64,000 nt of DNA. It comes from an uncultured Thermoplasmatales archaeon. Its GTDB lineage: Archaea; Thermoplasmatota; E2; DHVEG-1. Position 1 is the first letter of the stretch, and the number at the start of each line of letters is the position of its first letter. The position numbers and the translations under genes were made by a program. Of the stretch, positions 1 to 11,653 are shown piece by piece. Below the pieces are notes generated by a model that saw only the letters and a list, made by a program, of their open reading frames with translations, ran no database searches and had not been told where the DNA came from. The stretch spans positions 35,246-99,245 of the forward strand of contig CAYZTD010000002.1 of NCBI GenBank assembly GCA_964481275.1, written 5' to 3'.

Positions 1-2
1 GT

Positions 3-1565
<1,563 letters not shown>

Positions 1566-1648
1566 CCTTTCACTTCTTTTACCAAGATAAATAAATAAAG
1601 ATAAATATATAAATTTTTCTTATAATTTTACGTTAATTGACTTAAAAA

Positions 1649-3274
1649 TCATCTTTTTTTAGCTGCTTTTATCAATCCATTAAATAAAGGAGCAGGGCTT
1701 AAAGGTCGTGATTTAAATTCGGGATGTGCTTGTGTGGCAACAAAATAGGGATGTTTTTTAAGTTCCATAAATTCCATAAGTACACCATCTGGACTTCTTC
1801 CTGAAAAAATAACACCACATTTTTCAAGTTTTTCAACACATTCTGGATTTACTTCGTACCTATGTCGATGTCTCTCTGAAACATTTTTTTCTCCATATAA
1901 GCTGTAAACTTTCGTTCCTTTTTTTAGAACAGCAGGCCAAGCTCCAAGTCTCATTGTAGCGCCGTATCTTGATTCTTGTATTATTTCAACCTGTTCTGGG
2001 ATAAAATCAATGACAGGATGCTTTGATTTTTTATCTACTTCGACAGTATTTGCATCTGTAATTCCACAAACATTTCTTGCATATTCAACAACAGCTAATT
2101 GCATACCAAGACAAAGACCAAGATAAGGTATCTTATTTTCTCTTGCATAACGAATAGTTTCTATTTTACCATCAATACCTGATTTACCAAAACCACCAGG
2201 AACAATTATCCCATCTAAATCATCAAGATTTGAAAGCTTACTTGGATCTTTTTCAAATTCTTTTGAATCAATCCAACGTATGTCAGGTTTCAAGTTATTA
2301 TTCCATGAAGCATGTTTAACTGCTTCGATTACGCTAACATAAGAATCGCTTAGTTGGCTTGTTCCTATGTCAAAATATTTACCTACGATACCAATTTTTA
2401 CTGGTTTTTTTATTCTTCTTATTTTTTTTAAAAATTTTTCCCAACCTTCAAGATCATTATGTCCTTTTCTTAATCTAAGTTTTTTAAGTATCTTTTCACA
2501 GAAATTTTGTTTTTCAAATAGCAGACTTACTGCATATATGTTATCAACATCTGAATCAGATATTACATCCTCTTCATGTATATTACAGAAAAGAGCTATT
2601 TTTTCGCGTCTTACATTATCTAATGGATCTTCTGAGCGGGTTACTATAAAATCAGGTTGGATACCTATTTCACGGAGAAGTTTTACCGAGTGCTGTGTGG
2701 GTTTTGTTTTTGCTTCACCAAGGGCATCTAAAACCGGTACAAAGGTTACATGGACAAACAACACTTTGTCTCCTTCAAGCTTCATTTGTCTTACTGCTTC
2801 TAGAAATAATACGTTTTCGTAGTCCCCAACAGTTCCACCTATTTCTACTAGTACAAATTCATAGTTTCCTTCTTTTGCAGGTTTTCTTATCCTTCTTTTT
2901 ATCTCGTCTGTTACATGAGGAATTGGTTGGACTGTTTTTCCCAGATATTTTCCTTTTCTTTCTTTTTCTATGACAGCACTATAAACTTGCCCTGTTGTAA
3001 TATTTTGATCTTTTGGAATGTTGATATCTAAAAATCTTTCATAGTGTCCTAGATCTTGGTCGATTTCTCCACCGTCTTCAGTGACCCATACCTCTCCGTG
3101 TTCTGTAGGACGCAAAGTTCCAGCATCAAAATTCATATATGGATCTATTTTCATAGCTGTTACATCGTATTGATGAAGTTTTAGTATTTTTCCAATAGAG
3201 GCAGTAGTTATTCCTTTACCCAGTCCAGAAATAACACCACCGGTAATAATAATATAATTTACCATCCCTTTCAA
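1649..3274 (-). CDS. pyrG: CTP synthase
   Basis: N-terminal synthetase P-loop (YIIITGGVISGLGKG). C-terminal class-I glutamine amidotransferase with GLCLGMQ catalytic Cys and HRHRYEVN. The true start is probably the internal MVNY at about 3265. Confidence 0.95.
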   Translation of the reverse strand: MKGMVNYIIITGGVISGLGKGITTASIGKILKLHQYDVTAMKIDPYMNFDAGTLRPTEHGEVWVTEDGGEIDQDLGHYERFLDINIPKDQNITTGQVYSAVIEKERKGKYLGKTVQPIPHVTDEIKRRIRKPAKEGNYEFVLVEIGGTVGDYENVLFLEAVRQMKLEGDKVLFVHVTFVPVLDALGEAKTKPTQHSVKLLREIGIQPDFIVTRSEDPLDNVRREKIALFCNIHEEDVISDSDVDNIYAVSLLFEKQNFCEKILKKLRLRKGHNDLEGWEKFLKKIRRIKKPVKIGIVGKYFDIGTSQLSDSYVSVIEAVKHASWNNNLKPDIRWIDSKEFEKDPSKLSNLDDLDGIIVPGGFGKSGIDGKIETIRYARENKIPYLGLCLGMQLAVVEYARNVCGITDANTVEVDKKSKHPVIDFIPEQVEIIQESRYGATMRLGAWPAVLKKGTKVYSLYGEKNVSERHRHRYEVNPECVEKLEKCGVIFSGRSPDGVLMEFMELKKHPYFVATQAHPEFKSRPLSPAPLFNGLIKAAKKR

Positions 3275-3456
3275 CCGGCAAAGTGAATATGTTGGTGGGT
3301 TTAAATTATTTCCTATTTCAAAGAATATTTTAGTACATAAATATCAAACAAAATATTATATAAAAAATATAAAAATAAAAGAAAGATACAACTACTACAC
3401 TATCTCAAAATGAGATTATAGTAATTGTTCAGATACGTTTTAAACTAGTATCTTTT

Positions 3457-3753
3457 TTATTTCTTTGTAGTCAAAGATATTTCTATAGATGATACGTTGG
3501 AACTTCTTCCTTCTTCATTTGTGATGCTTTCTGTACCAATTATTATGTCCTTTACTTTTGCATCTTGTACAAAACGATTTCTTGTAATTTCAGCTGTGTC
3601 TACAGCACGGCTTATTGCGCGACCACGCGCTTTTATTATTACTTCATCTGATCCACCATTGAACTGGGTTACTACTGCTAAAACATAGCTCATTGGTGGT
3701 TTGTTTCCAACATATATCACGTTTTCGTCTGGGTTTACTTCTTTTTCTGGCAT
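3457..3753 (-). CDS. albA: DNA/RNA-binding chromatin protein Alba
   Basis: 98 aa with full-length similarity to the Alba family ([45 protein letters not shown]). Confidence 0.9.
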   Translation of the reverse strand: MPEKEVNPDENVIYVGNKPPMSYVLAVVTQFNGGSDEVIIKARGRAISRAVDTAEITRNRFVQDAKVKDIIIGTESITNEEGRSSNVSSIEISLTTKK

Positions 3754-4022
3754 ATCTTTTCCTCCCTGTTATTTTGCTTGTATTTTTTAATCTGTACTGC
3801 AAGTAACCTGTTATTTATAAAACTTTCGCTTATAAAAATTGTTTAAGAAAATAGAGAAATTACGGTCATTTGTTATATTTATTTTTTCTTATGTCTTTTT
3901 GTTAGATCAAAGAAATAATATTATAAAATAAATACTTGATTAGTTAGATTTATAAGTAAAACTTATTTTACAAGTTTCACGCATTAATACATATAAGACT
4001 ATCTTTTATAGGGGTTGAAAAT

Positions 4023-5900
4023 ATGGAGATATTGGAAGATAAACCAGGTAAAAAAATACTTTTACTTGGAAACGAAGCAATAACAAGAGGGGCATTAGAA
4101 GCAGGAATTGATGTTGCAACAACATATCCTGGAACGCCTTCTTCAGAAATAGCTGATACTTTTTCACATATTGCAAAACATTTTACCAAACAAAAAAAAG
4201 ACCCAAGTTTTTATTTTGAATATTCTACAAATGAAAAAGTAGCACTAGAAATAGCAAGTGCTGCTGCTATATCTGGGCTTAGGGCACTTACGTGTATGAA
4301 ACATGTAGGTCTCAATGTTGCAAGTGACACTTTTATGACATATCTATATATTGGATGTAAGGGAGGCCATGTGATAGTATCTGCTGATGATCCATCCTGT
4401 CATTCCTCTCAAAACGAGCAAGACAATAGATATTATGCATTGTTTAGTGGAGCACCAATGTTTGAACCAACAACACCTAATGAAGCAAAAGAGATGACAA
4501 GAATTGGTTTTGAAATATCTGAAAAGTTAAAATCACCTGTTCTTCTTAGAACAACTACAAGATTAAATCACGTAAGAGGTCCTATCGATCTTAAAAAATT
4601 AAATAAACCCCGCAAAAAAGGAAAATTTGAAAGAAGTCCTATGTGGGTTACAACACCAGCTATAGCTAGAAAAAGACATCCTGAACTTCTTAAAATGCTT
4701 AAAAAAGCAGAAGAGTTTTCTGAAAAATCAGAGTTTAACAAAATAATAGATGTTGGAAAGCCAAAAGATTGGGGTATTGTAACATCTGGTGTTTCGTATA
4801 ATTATGTTAGAGAAGTAGCTGAAGATTTAAAATTAGATGTTAAAATTTTAAAACTTGGAATGACACATCCTCTTCCAAAAAAGATGTGTGAAAATTTTAT
4901 TAAATCTTGTAAAAATATAATTGTTGTTGAAGAGCTCGAACCTATTCTTGAAAACCAATTTAAAAATATTATATATGATTTAAAAGCTGATTGTAAAATT
5001 TATGGGAAAGCAACTGGTCATTTTTCAAGGCTTTTTGAATATAATTTAGATATAGTATCAAATGGAATATGTAAAATACTTAATATTAAAGATAAAACTA
5101 AAATTCCTAAAAAATCAGATATCAAACTCCCTTCAAGACCACCAGCATTATGCCCGGGATGTCCTCATAGAGCGACATATTATGCAGCAAAATTAGCAAA
5201 ACCTCGTGGTGTTATATATCCAACAGACATTGGATGTTATACTCTTGGTCGTGAAAAACCACTTGAAATGGCAGATTTACTTTTATGTATGGGGTCGAAT
5301 GCTGGTACTGCATGTGGTCTAGCAATATCAACAGATGAAAAAGTAATGAGTTTTATGGGGGATTCAACTTTTTTCCATTCAGGAATTCCACCTATAGTTG
5401 ATGCCGCGCATCATAATCATGATGTAGTACTTACCATTCTTGATAATCGTACAACAGCTATGACAGGTCATCAGCCTCATCCTGGAACTGAGTTTGATGG
5501 TATGGGACGACCTGCAAAAAAAATTCTTATTGAAGATGTTGTAAAGGGTTGTGGTATAGAAGATATACATGTTGTTGATCCAAATAATATAAAAGATACA
5601 ACTAAAGAATTCAAAAAAGCGCTTGATTTTATAGGTCCTTCTGTGGTTGTTAGTAAATCTCCATGTATCCTTCTTGAAAATCGTGATAAAAGAAAAAGAG
5701 GAGAAAAAATACCAGTTTATACTATCGATCAAGATAAATGTAAAAAATGTAAATTATGTATCAGTAAATTTGGCTGTCCCGCAATTTATTATGGTGAAAA
5801 CGATGAAATTTTAATTGATGAGCAGCAGTGTAATGGCTGTGGTAATTGCGCGACAATTTGTCCTTTTAACGCAATTCATGTAAAGGAGGAACAAAAATGA
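4023..5900 (+). CDS. iorA: indolepyruvate:ferredoxin oxidoreductase alpha subunit
   Basis: 625 aa. TPP-binding region (GDSTFFHSG). C-terminal 2x[4Fe-4S] ferredoxin motifs (CKKCKLCISKFGCP; CNGCGNCATICP). 4-nt overlap with the downstream iorB. Confidence 0.9.
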   Translation: MEILEDKPGKKILLLGNEAITRGALEAGIDVATTYPGTPSSEIADTFSHIAKHFTKQKKDPSFYFEYSTNEKVALEIASAAAISGLRALTCMKHVGLNVASDTFMTYLYIGCKGGHVIVSADDPSCHSSQNEQDNRYYALFSGAPMFEPTTPNEAKEMTRIGFEISEKLKSPVLLRTTTRLNHVRGPIDLKKLNKPRKKGKFERSPMWVTTPAIARKRHPELLKMLKKAEEFSEKSEFNKIIDVGKPKDWGIVTSGVSYNYVREVAEDLKLDVKILKLGMTHPLPKKMCENFIKSCKNIIVVEELEPILENQFKNIIYDLKADCKIYGKATGHFSRLFEYNLDIVSNGICKILNIKDKTKIPKKSDIKLPSRPPALCPGCPHRATYYAAKLAKPRGVIYPTDIGCYTLGREKPLEMADLLLCMGSNAGTACGLAISTDEKVMSFMGDSTFFHSGIPPIVDAAHHNHDVVLTILDNRTTAMTGHQPHPGTEFDGMGRPAKKILIEDVVKGCGIEDIHVVDPNNIKDTTKEFKKALDFIGPSVVVSKSPCILLENRDKRKRGEKIPVYTIDQDKCKKCKLCISKFGCPAIYYGENDEILIDEQQCNGCGNCATICPFNAIHVKEEQK

Positions 5901-6481
5901 AAAAGACTAACATAGTTCTCACTGGTGTCGGCGGTCAAGGTGTTATCACTGCAGCAAATATTCTTGGAAAAGCAGCAGTTAAAGCAGGTGTCAACGTTTT
6001 TGTTTCAGAGGTTCATGGTATGGCACAGCGAGGTGGAAGCGTTAATTGTACAGTAAGACTTGGTGATGTTTATGGGCCTCTTGTCCAATCTGGTAGTGCG
6101 GATGTGATAGTAAGTACTGAACCTGTTGAGGCACTTAGGTACATTCATTATTCTAATAAGAATACAAAAATCATAACAGATATTGCACCTGTTGTACCTT
6201 TTACTGTTTCAACTGGTGATGAAGAGTATCCTGATATTAAGAAAGTTTATAAGAAACTTTCAAGTTATGGCAAAGTCTATAAAATTGATGCTTTAAAAAT
6301 CGCAAAAGAGGCAGGTGCTATTATTACAAAAAATGTTGTGATGCTCGGAGCTCTTGCAGGTTCGGATGTTTTACCTTTTGATAAAAAGTTTTTACTTGAA
6401 ACAATTCTTGAAAATGTACCAGAAAAGTATAAAGAAATAAATAAAAAAGCATTTGAAAATGGTTATAAAGCAATTAAATAA
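5897..6481 (+). CDS. iorB: indolepyruvate:ferredoxin oxidoreductase beta subunit
   Basis: 194 aa. Gamma-domain-like fold of 2-oxoacid:Fd oxidoreductases (IVLTGVGGQGVITAANILGKAA). Translationally coupled to iorA. Confidence 0.85.
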   Translation: MKKTNIVLTGVGGQGVITAANILGKAAVKAGVNVFVSEVHGMAQRGGSVNCTVRLGDVYGPLVQSGSADVIVSTEPVEALRYIHYSNKNTKIITDIAPVVPFTVSTGDEEYPDIKKVYKKLSSYGKVYKIDALKIAKEAGAIITKNVVMLGALAGSDVLPFDKKFLLETILENVPEKYKEINKKAFENGYKAIK

Positions 6482-6516
6482 ATTTAAAAAAGAAGATTGA
6501 AAATTTTTATTAGATA

Positions 6517-7323
6517 CTATGGTATGTCATAGTATCTTTTATTGATCTTGTTTTTTATAATAGATGTAATATACGGGCGCGTTAAATCTTCGTTGTTTTG
6601 GTCATCTGTTTCTTCTATGTTTCCATTTCTATTTACAGTTAGTTTTAAGAAGCAAAATAGTGAATTGGGTAGTGAAGTAGTACTTAGACATATACCGCCA
6701 TCTGGTACTATTTTTTCAGCTTCTCCTGACATTTTTATGTTGTATATTTTTGATTTGGATGAAAGCCCTTTATTTAACAATCCAAACATACCAAATGTTT
6801 CAAAGTGGATACTTACTATTCCTTCATAAGGATCTCCTTTATTTATTAAAGAAAAATTAATCCATAGTTGTCCATGAAAATATTCAAACCAGTTAAAATC
6901 AACTTTAAAATCGGGAATACCTACAGTTACTATTTCAGTGACACTATCTGTTTCAGATGAGTTAAAGATATTTTTTACAGTCAGTGTGACTTTGTAATCT
7001 CCTTTGTTTTCATATATATGTGCCTGAGTTTCATCTTCAGTATTAACTGTTGTTCCATCTCCAAAATCCCATTCATATGTAGCCCATCCACCAGTACAAG
7101 ATGCATCAAATGTTACCTCCTGATTAACGACAGGAGTATTTGGAGAATAGGTAAAACATGCTGTGATATCTGAATCAGTAAGTTTAATGCTTTCTTTAGA
7201 AATTTCTTTTAACTCTTCTTGATTAGCAGAATTCATATTTTTGTTTTCTAGTGCAGATATCGAACTTAATCCTGTTAGTAAAAACATGCCTATTATTCCT
7301 ATACATATTATTTTTCTTTTCAT
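6517..7323 (-). CDS. secreted PKD-domain protein
   Basis: Signal peptide (MKRKIICIGIIGMFLLTGLSSISA). PKD-domain signature (YEWDFGDGTTV...GDYKVTLTVKN). Confidence 0.6.
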   Translation of the reverse strand: MKRKIICIGIIGMFLLTGLSSISALENKNMNSANQEELKEISKESIKLTDSDITACFTYSPNTPVVNQEVTFDASCTGGWATYEWDFGDGTTVNTEDETQAHIYENKGDYKVTLTVKNIFNSSETDSVTEIVTVGIPDFKVDFNWFEYFHGQLWINFSLINKGDPYEGIVSIHFETFGMFGLLNKGLSSKSKIYNIKMSGEAEKIVPDGGICLSTTSLPNSLFCFLKLTVNRNGNIEETDDQNNEDLTRPYITSIIKNKINKRYYDIP

Positions 7324-7440
7324 TTTACATCACATCGTTTTTTTCATATTTTTATATGTTTTTGTAGATAAAAGTATTTAAATTTTTTAGACCAGCTATT
7401 GTGACTTAACATACTTTTAACCACATTTTTATCTATTTTT

Positions 7441-7490
7441 GTGAATAATAATATATAAAGTTTATAGAACAATAATCCTATTCCTACAAA
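7441..7490 (-). promoter_or_regulatory. BRE/TATA promoter module (GTTCTATAAACTTTATATATTATTAT in sense) near-identical to 25029-25075
   Basis: 26/26-nt identity plus a downstream ATCCTATT block shared with the upstream region of 24343..24993. Contains an archaeal BRE(AAAC)+TATA(TTTATATA) consensus. Confidence 0.45.
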
Positions 7491-7503
7491 AAACTATATT
7501 TTC

Positions 7504-8010
7504 CTATTTTAACAAACACTCAAAAATATGCACATCTAGAATTTTACCAAATTTTTTACCAACTTCTCTAAATGTACCAATCTTTTCAAAACCAAACTCT
7601 TCATGAAGATGTATGCTAATATCATTTCCTTTGGTTATTCTTGCAATAACTGCATGAATACCAGCTTTTTTCCCTTCTTTTAATATTTCTCTCATTAAAC
7701 TTTTACCAATACCTTGCCCTTGATATTTTTCAAATACATATATAGAAAGTTCAGCTGTTTTAGAATAAGCTTTTTTAGAATCATATTTACTAAGTGCAGC
7801 CCAACCAACAACTTTTTTATCTTTTTCCGAAACAAGTATAGGATTTTTAAATCCATGTTCTTCAAACCATTTTTTCATTTCTTTTTCTGTTTTTTCTTTT
7901 ATATCAAAAGTAACATTTGTTTTTAAAATAGCCTCGTTATAGATTTTAGTAATATCTTTGATATCTTTTTCTTTAGCTTTTCTTATTTTTAACACAACTT
8001 TGTAAAACAA
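7504..8010 (-). CDS. GNAT family N-acetyltransferase
   Basis: Acetyl-CoA binding motif Q/RxxGxG/A (YQGQGIGKSLM). 168 aa. Confidence 0.8.
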   Translation of the reverse strand: MFYKVVLKIRKAKEKDIKDITKIYNEAILKTNVTFDIKEKTEKEMKKWFEEHGFKNPILVSEKDKKVVGWAALSKYDSKKAYSKTAELSIYVFEKYQGQGIGKSLMREILKEGKKAGIHAVIARITKGNDISIHLHEEFGFEKIGTFREVGKKFGKILDVHIFECLLK

Positions 8011-8029
8011 ACCTTAATACTTATAATAT

Positions 8030-9091
8030 ATGTATCACTTATCTGGAAACAATATGTTTTGTGTTGAATGTGGAAAAGAAACTGAAATCTACAAAGATGG
8101 AGTATGTATAGATTGCTATATAAAATCACATGAGTTTACAAAAGGACCAAAAGATATCAAACTACCAATGTGTCCTCATTGTGGAGGCTTTAAATACAAA
8201 AACACATGGACAAATGAAATACTAACAGATGTATTAAGACGAATTATAAAAAATACTTTTAAAATAAAAAATGAACTTAAAAAAATAGATATAAATCCTT
8301 CATGTACAGAAACACAGAAAGGATATGATTGTAATGTTTACATATCTGGATTTATAGGAGATAAAGAAGTAACTGAAGAACACAAATTAACAGTCAAACT
8401 TGAAAAAAGATCATGTGATGTTTGTTCAAAACAATTTGGTGGATACCACGAGGCAATAATACAAATTAGAACTGGTGCTAGAAAACTTTCAAACAAAGAA
8501 AAAGAAGATATAATTAATAATGTAATAAATCAAATAGAAGAATTAAAATCAAAAGGAAACCGCGCTCTTTTCATATCTGACATCTCAAAAGAACACGGTG
8601 GAATTGATTTTTTTATAAGTGAAAAGCAAACAGCATATGCAATTACAAAAAAACTAAAAGAAAAATACGGCGGAGATATAAAAAAATCATCAAAAAATGT
8701 AGGTATGAAAGATAGTAAACAAGTTTACAGGATGACCTATCTTTTAAGACTTCCAGATTATAAACCAAAAGATTACATAAAATTTGATAATAATTATTAC
8801 AAAATACTTTCCATACAATCAAATAAAATAAAACTTTTAGATCTATCAAACTGGGAAGAACATACAATTGAACAGAAAAAACTTGAAAATGTTGAAATAT
8901 TAACTGATAAAATAACTATAAAAGAAATGATAGTTGTAAGTCAAACCGAGGAAGAAATACAGCTAATGGATACAAATACATATAAAACAATACAAGTTAA
9001 GAAACCAAAAGAAAACAAGATAAAATCAAATAAAACCTCTGTAATTTTTATTGATGATAATTGTTTTCTTTTAAATGGAAAAAATACATAA
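8030..9091 (+). CDS. NMD3-family ribosomal large-subunit export/biogenesis factor homologue
   Basis: N-terminal CxxC...CxxC...CPHCG zinc-binding clusters (CVECGKE...CIDCY...CPHCGG) typical of NMD3. Start probably the internal MFCVECG at about 8054. Confidence 0.7.
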   Translation: MYHLSGNNMFCVECGKETEIYKDGVCIDCYIKSHEFTKGPKDIKLPMCPHCGGFKYKNTWTNEILTDVLRRIIKNTFKIKNELKKIDINPSCTETQKGYDCNVYISGFIGDKEVTEEHKLTVKLEKRSCDVCSKQFGGYHEAIIQIRTGARKLSNKEKEDIINNVINQIEELKSKGNRALFISDISKEHGGIDFFISEKQTAYAITKKLKEKYGGDIKKSSKNVGMKDSKQVYRMTYLLRLPDYKPKDYIKFDNNYYKILSIQSNKIKLLDLSNWEEHTIEQKKLENVEILTDKITIKEMIVVSQTEEEIQLMDTNTYKTIQVKKPKENKIKSNKTSVIFIDDNCFLLNGKNT

Positions 9092-9141
9092 AAGATAAAT
9101 AGTAAAAGAATATTCAACTTGAGAGAGGAGGCGATAATTAT

Positions 9142-9519
9142 ATGGCAAAAACATCTATGAATTTAGAAGAAAATATGGCAGGTCTTCTTTGCTACTTGCT
9201 TACTTGGATTACAGGAATAATATTTTTCTTTATGGAAAAAAAGAACAAAACTGTAAGATTTCATGCACTGCAATCCATTTTAACGTTCCTTCCATTAATG
9301 ATTATTGGATGGATTGTTGGATGGGTTGGAGCGCCTAGTGTAAGCTGGGGATATGGATATTCCTATTCTTATAATCCAGGTATACCTGCGTTGATTTATC
9401 TCTCTTGGATTATATGGGTAATCACAGTAATCTTATGGATTGTATTGATGGTAAAGGCCTACCAAGGAGAAAAATTCAAACTGCCAGTAATCGGAGATAT
9501 TGCTGAGAAACACGCATAA
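9142..9519 (+). CDS. small multi-pass membrane protein (DUF4870-like)
   Basis: 125 aa with three predicted TM helices. Pattern G(L/I)LCYLLTWITG...HALQS typical of DUF4870. Confidence 0.5.
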   Translation: MAKTSMNLEENMAGLLCYLLTWITGIIFFFMEKKNKTVRFHALQSILTFLPLMIIGWIVGWVGAPSVSWGYGYSYSYNPGIPALIYLSWIIWVITVILWIVLMVKAYQGEKFKLPVIGDIAEKHA

Positions 9520-9538
9520 TCTCAGCATTTTATTTTTT

Positions 9539-10828
9539 TTATAAAAAAACATCACTTCTTGTTCTATTTGATATTTCACCAGAAATATTTGTTTTCATGG
9601 TTTTTTCTACTTCTTTTCTATTCTTTGAATGAGCAAGAGCCCACATAAGTTTTACATAAGCAGTTTCAGCAAGCATATCTTCACAGGGTATTATACCTGC
9701 TTTAATTAGATCTCTACCAGTTGAATAAACACTCATATCAACTCTTCCAAATATACACTGAGAAGCCATAACAAAAACAGTACCTTCTTTTGTAAGTTTT
9801 TTAATTCTTGGAATAAGTTTTTTAGATATGTGTCCAAGACCTGTACCAACAAGCACAACTCCTTTTTTTTGAGGGATATCTTCTGGTTTGATATCAGGAT
9901 AAAAATAAATTATTCCTACATCTGTTTCCATTTTTGTGTCAACTTCAACTTTTTTCTTTGTTTTCTTTTTGTATTTACTGTTAAAAGTTATTTCACCGTT
10001 TTCAACAAAACCTAGAGGTATATCGTTTACAGTTTTGAATGCATCACGACGTGATGTATGAAACTTTCTTACTTTTGTAGCTCTATGTATATCTATTTTA
10101 GTATCTGAAGTTTCACTATGCATTGTAGCAACTACTTCACCGATATCAGATTTTGATGCAACAGTTGCAGCAGCAATCAAGTTAAGTGCGGCATCCGAAC
10201 TTGGCCTATCGCTACTACGTTGAGAACCAACAAGTATTACTGGACCTGACAAGTTTTTAAGCATAAAAGAAAGAGCAGCCCCAGTATAACCAAGAGTATC
10301 AGTTCCATGTGGGACAATAACTCCTTTAGCACCATTATTTAATCCTTCAGCGACTTTTTTTGCAAGAGTCTGCCAGTTTTTAACTTCAATATTTTCACTA
10401 AGTATTTGAAAAGCAACTTCAGCTTTAATATTACATATTTCAAAAACTTCAGGAACTGAAAAAGCAAGTTCTTTAGCTGAACTTGCAGGATGCACTGCTC
10501 CAGTTCGATAATCTACATAGCATGCAATTGTTCCGCCAGTTCCAATTATTGAAACAGTAGACTTTTTTTTATCAAACGGAATTTTTTTTGATTTTTTAAC
10601 AACTTTTTTTTGTTTTTTAATAAGAGTGATTTTTGTATCTTTATATACTTCAAGACCAATATTATAACCATTGTCAAGCTTGATAGTTACAATGTCTTCA
10701 TCGCTAAATTCATGATGAGGCATTAAAACCCCTGTTCTTGCAACTTTTTGTGTTTCTATTTTTATTTTGTCGCCTGTTTCTACGTTTGCTTTTTTAAGTT
10801 TTTCTTCTATGGATTTTTTTCTTGACAT
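9539..10828 (-). CDS. gatD: Glu-tRNA(Gln) amidotransferase subunit D
   Basis: 429 aa. Archaeal-specific N-terminal about 90-aa domain followed by an L-asparaginase fold with IIGTGGTIA and HGTDT motifs. Confidence 0.9.
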   Translation of the reverse strand: MSRKKSIEEKLKKANVETGDKIKIETQKVARTGVLMPHHEFSDEDIVTIKLDNGYNIGLEVYKDTKITLIKKQKKVVKKSKKIPFDKKKSTVSIIGTGGTIACYVDYRTGAVHPASSAKELAFSVPEVFEICNIKAEVAFQILSENIEVKNWQTLAKKVAEGLNNGAKGVIVPHGTDTLGYTGAALSFMLKNLSGPVILVGSQRSSDRPSSDAALNLIAAATVASKSDIGEVVATMHSETSDTKIDIHRATKVRKFHTSRRDAFKTVNDIPLGFVENGEITFNSKYKKKTKKKVEVDTKMETDVGIIYFYPDIKPEDIPQKKGVVLVGTGLGHISKKLIPRIKKLTKEGTVFVMASQCIFGRVDMSVYSTGRDLIKAGIIPCEDMLAETAYVKLMWALAHSKNRKEVEKTMKTNISGEISNRTRSDVFL

Positions 10829-10897
10829 CTTATTTTCCTCATCTGATATGTTTTAGGTTTTTAAAGTATTATCCTATTTTAGGTTAAGTGATTCTAT

Positions 10898-11653
10898 TTG
10901 AGATATGCATTAAAATTTGGATATAACGGTATTGGATTTTTTGGTTATGTAAGACAGCCTAATCTTAAAACAGTTGAAGGTGAAATTATAAAAATTTTAA
11001 CTGGAAAGGATATAATCGTGAACGTAAAACAATCTTTTTTCAGATCAGCAAGTAGGACCGATAAAGAGGTATCTTCTTTAGGAAATGTTGTTTCTTTTAA
11101 CTCTAATTTTAATAAAGATCAAATTCTATCTTCTCTATCTGATGTATCTGAAGATATTATTTTTTATGGTATTAAAAAAGTATCAGATGAGTTTAATCCA
11201 CGATATGCAAAAAACCGTCATTATAGATATTATCTTAAAGATAATAATTTAGATATTGAAAGCGCGATCTCTACATTGTCTATTTTTGCTGGAGAACATG
11301 ATTTTTCTAATTTTGCAAGAGTTGAAAAAGAAAAAAATCCTGTTAGAACAATTGAAAATATAGTATATTTTTTTAAAGAAGATTATCTTGTAATTGATTT
11401 TTTTGCGCCAAATTTTTTATGGAACCAAATCAGAAGAATAATATCGGCTTCAGTAAAAGTAGGACAATACAAAATTAAAAAAGAAGATGTAAAAAATGCA
11501 TTATACAAACCAGATATACCTGTTGATTTTAATGCAGCAAAAGCTAGCCCTTTGATATTAAAGGATATCTTTTATGATTTCAAATTTGAAGTTTTTTCTT
11601 CACAACTTAGTAAGGTTAAAAAATTAGAAAATAAAATAATTTCAAATCTTTAA
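10898..11653 (+). CDS. truA: tRNA pseudouridine(38-40) synthase TruA-like
   Basis: N-terminal FGYNGIGFFGYVRQP matches the TruA Y(D/N)G..(Y/F)HG(W/Y)Q motif. Catalytic RTD (SRTDKEV) present. TTG start in the ORF track. Confidence 0.65.
   Translation: MRYALKFGYNGIGFFGYVRQPNLKTVEGEIIKILTGKDIIVNVKQSFFRSASRTDKEVSSLGNVVSFNSNFNKDQILSSLSDVSEDIIFYGIKKVSDEFNPRYAKNRHYRYYLKDNNLDIESAISTLSIFAGEHDFSNFARVEKEKNPVRTIENIVYFFKEDYLVIDFFAPNFLWNQIRRIISASVKVGQYKIKKEDVKNALYKPDIPVDFNAAKASPLILKDIFYDFKFEVFSSQLSKVKKLENKIISNL

Noticed and set aside
8030-9091. NMD3 homologue as evidence of eukaryote-like contamination
   Set aside because: NMD3-family proteins are native to many archaea. The codon usage and GC match the surrounding genes.
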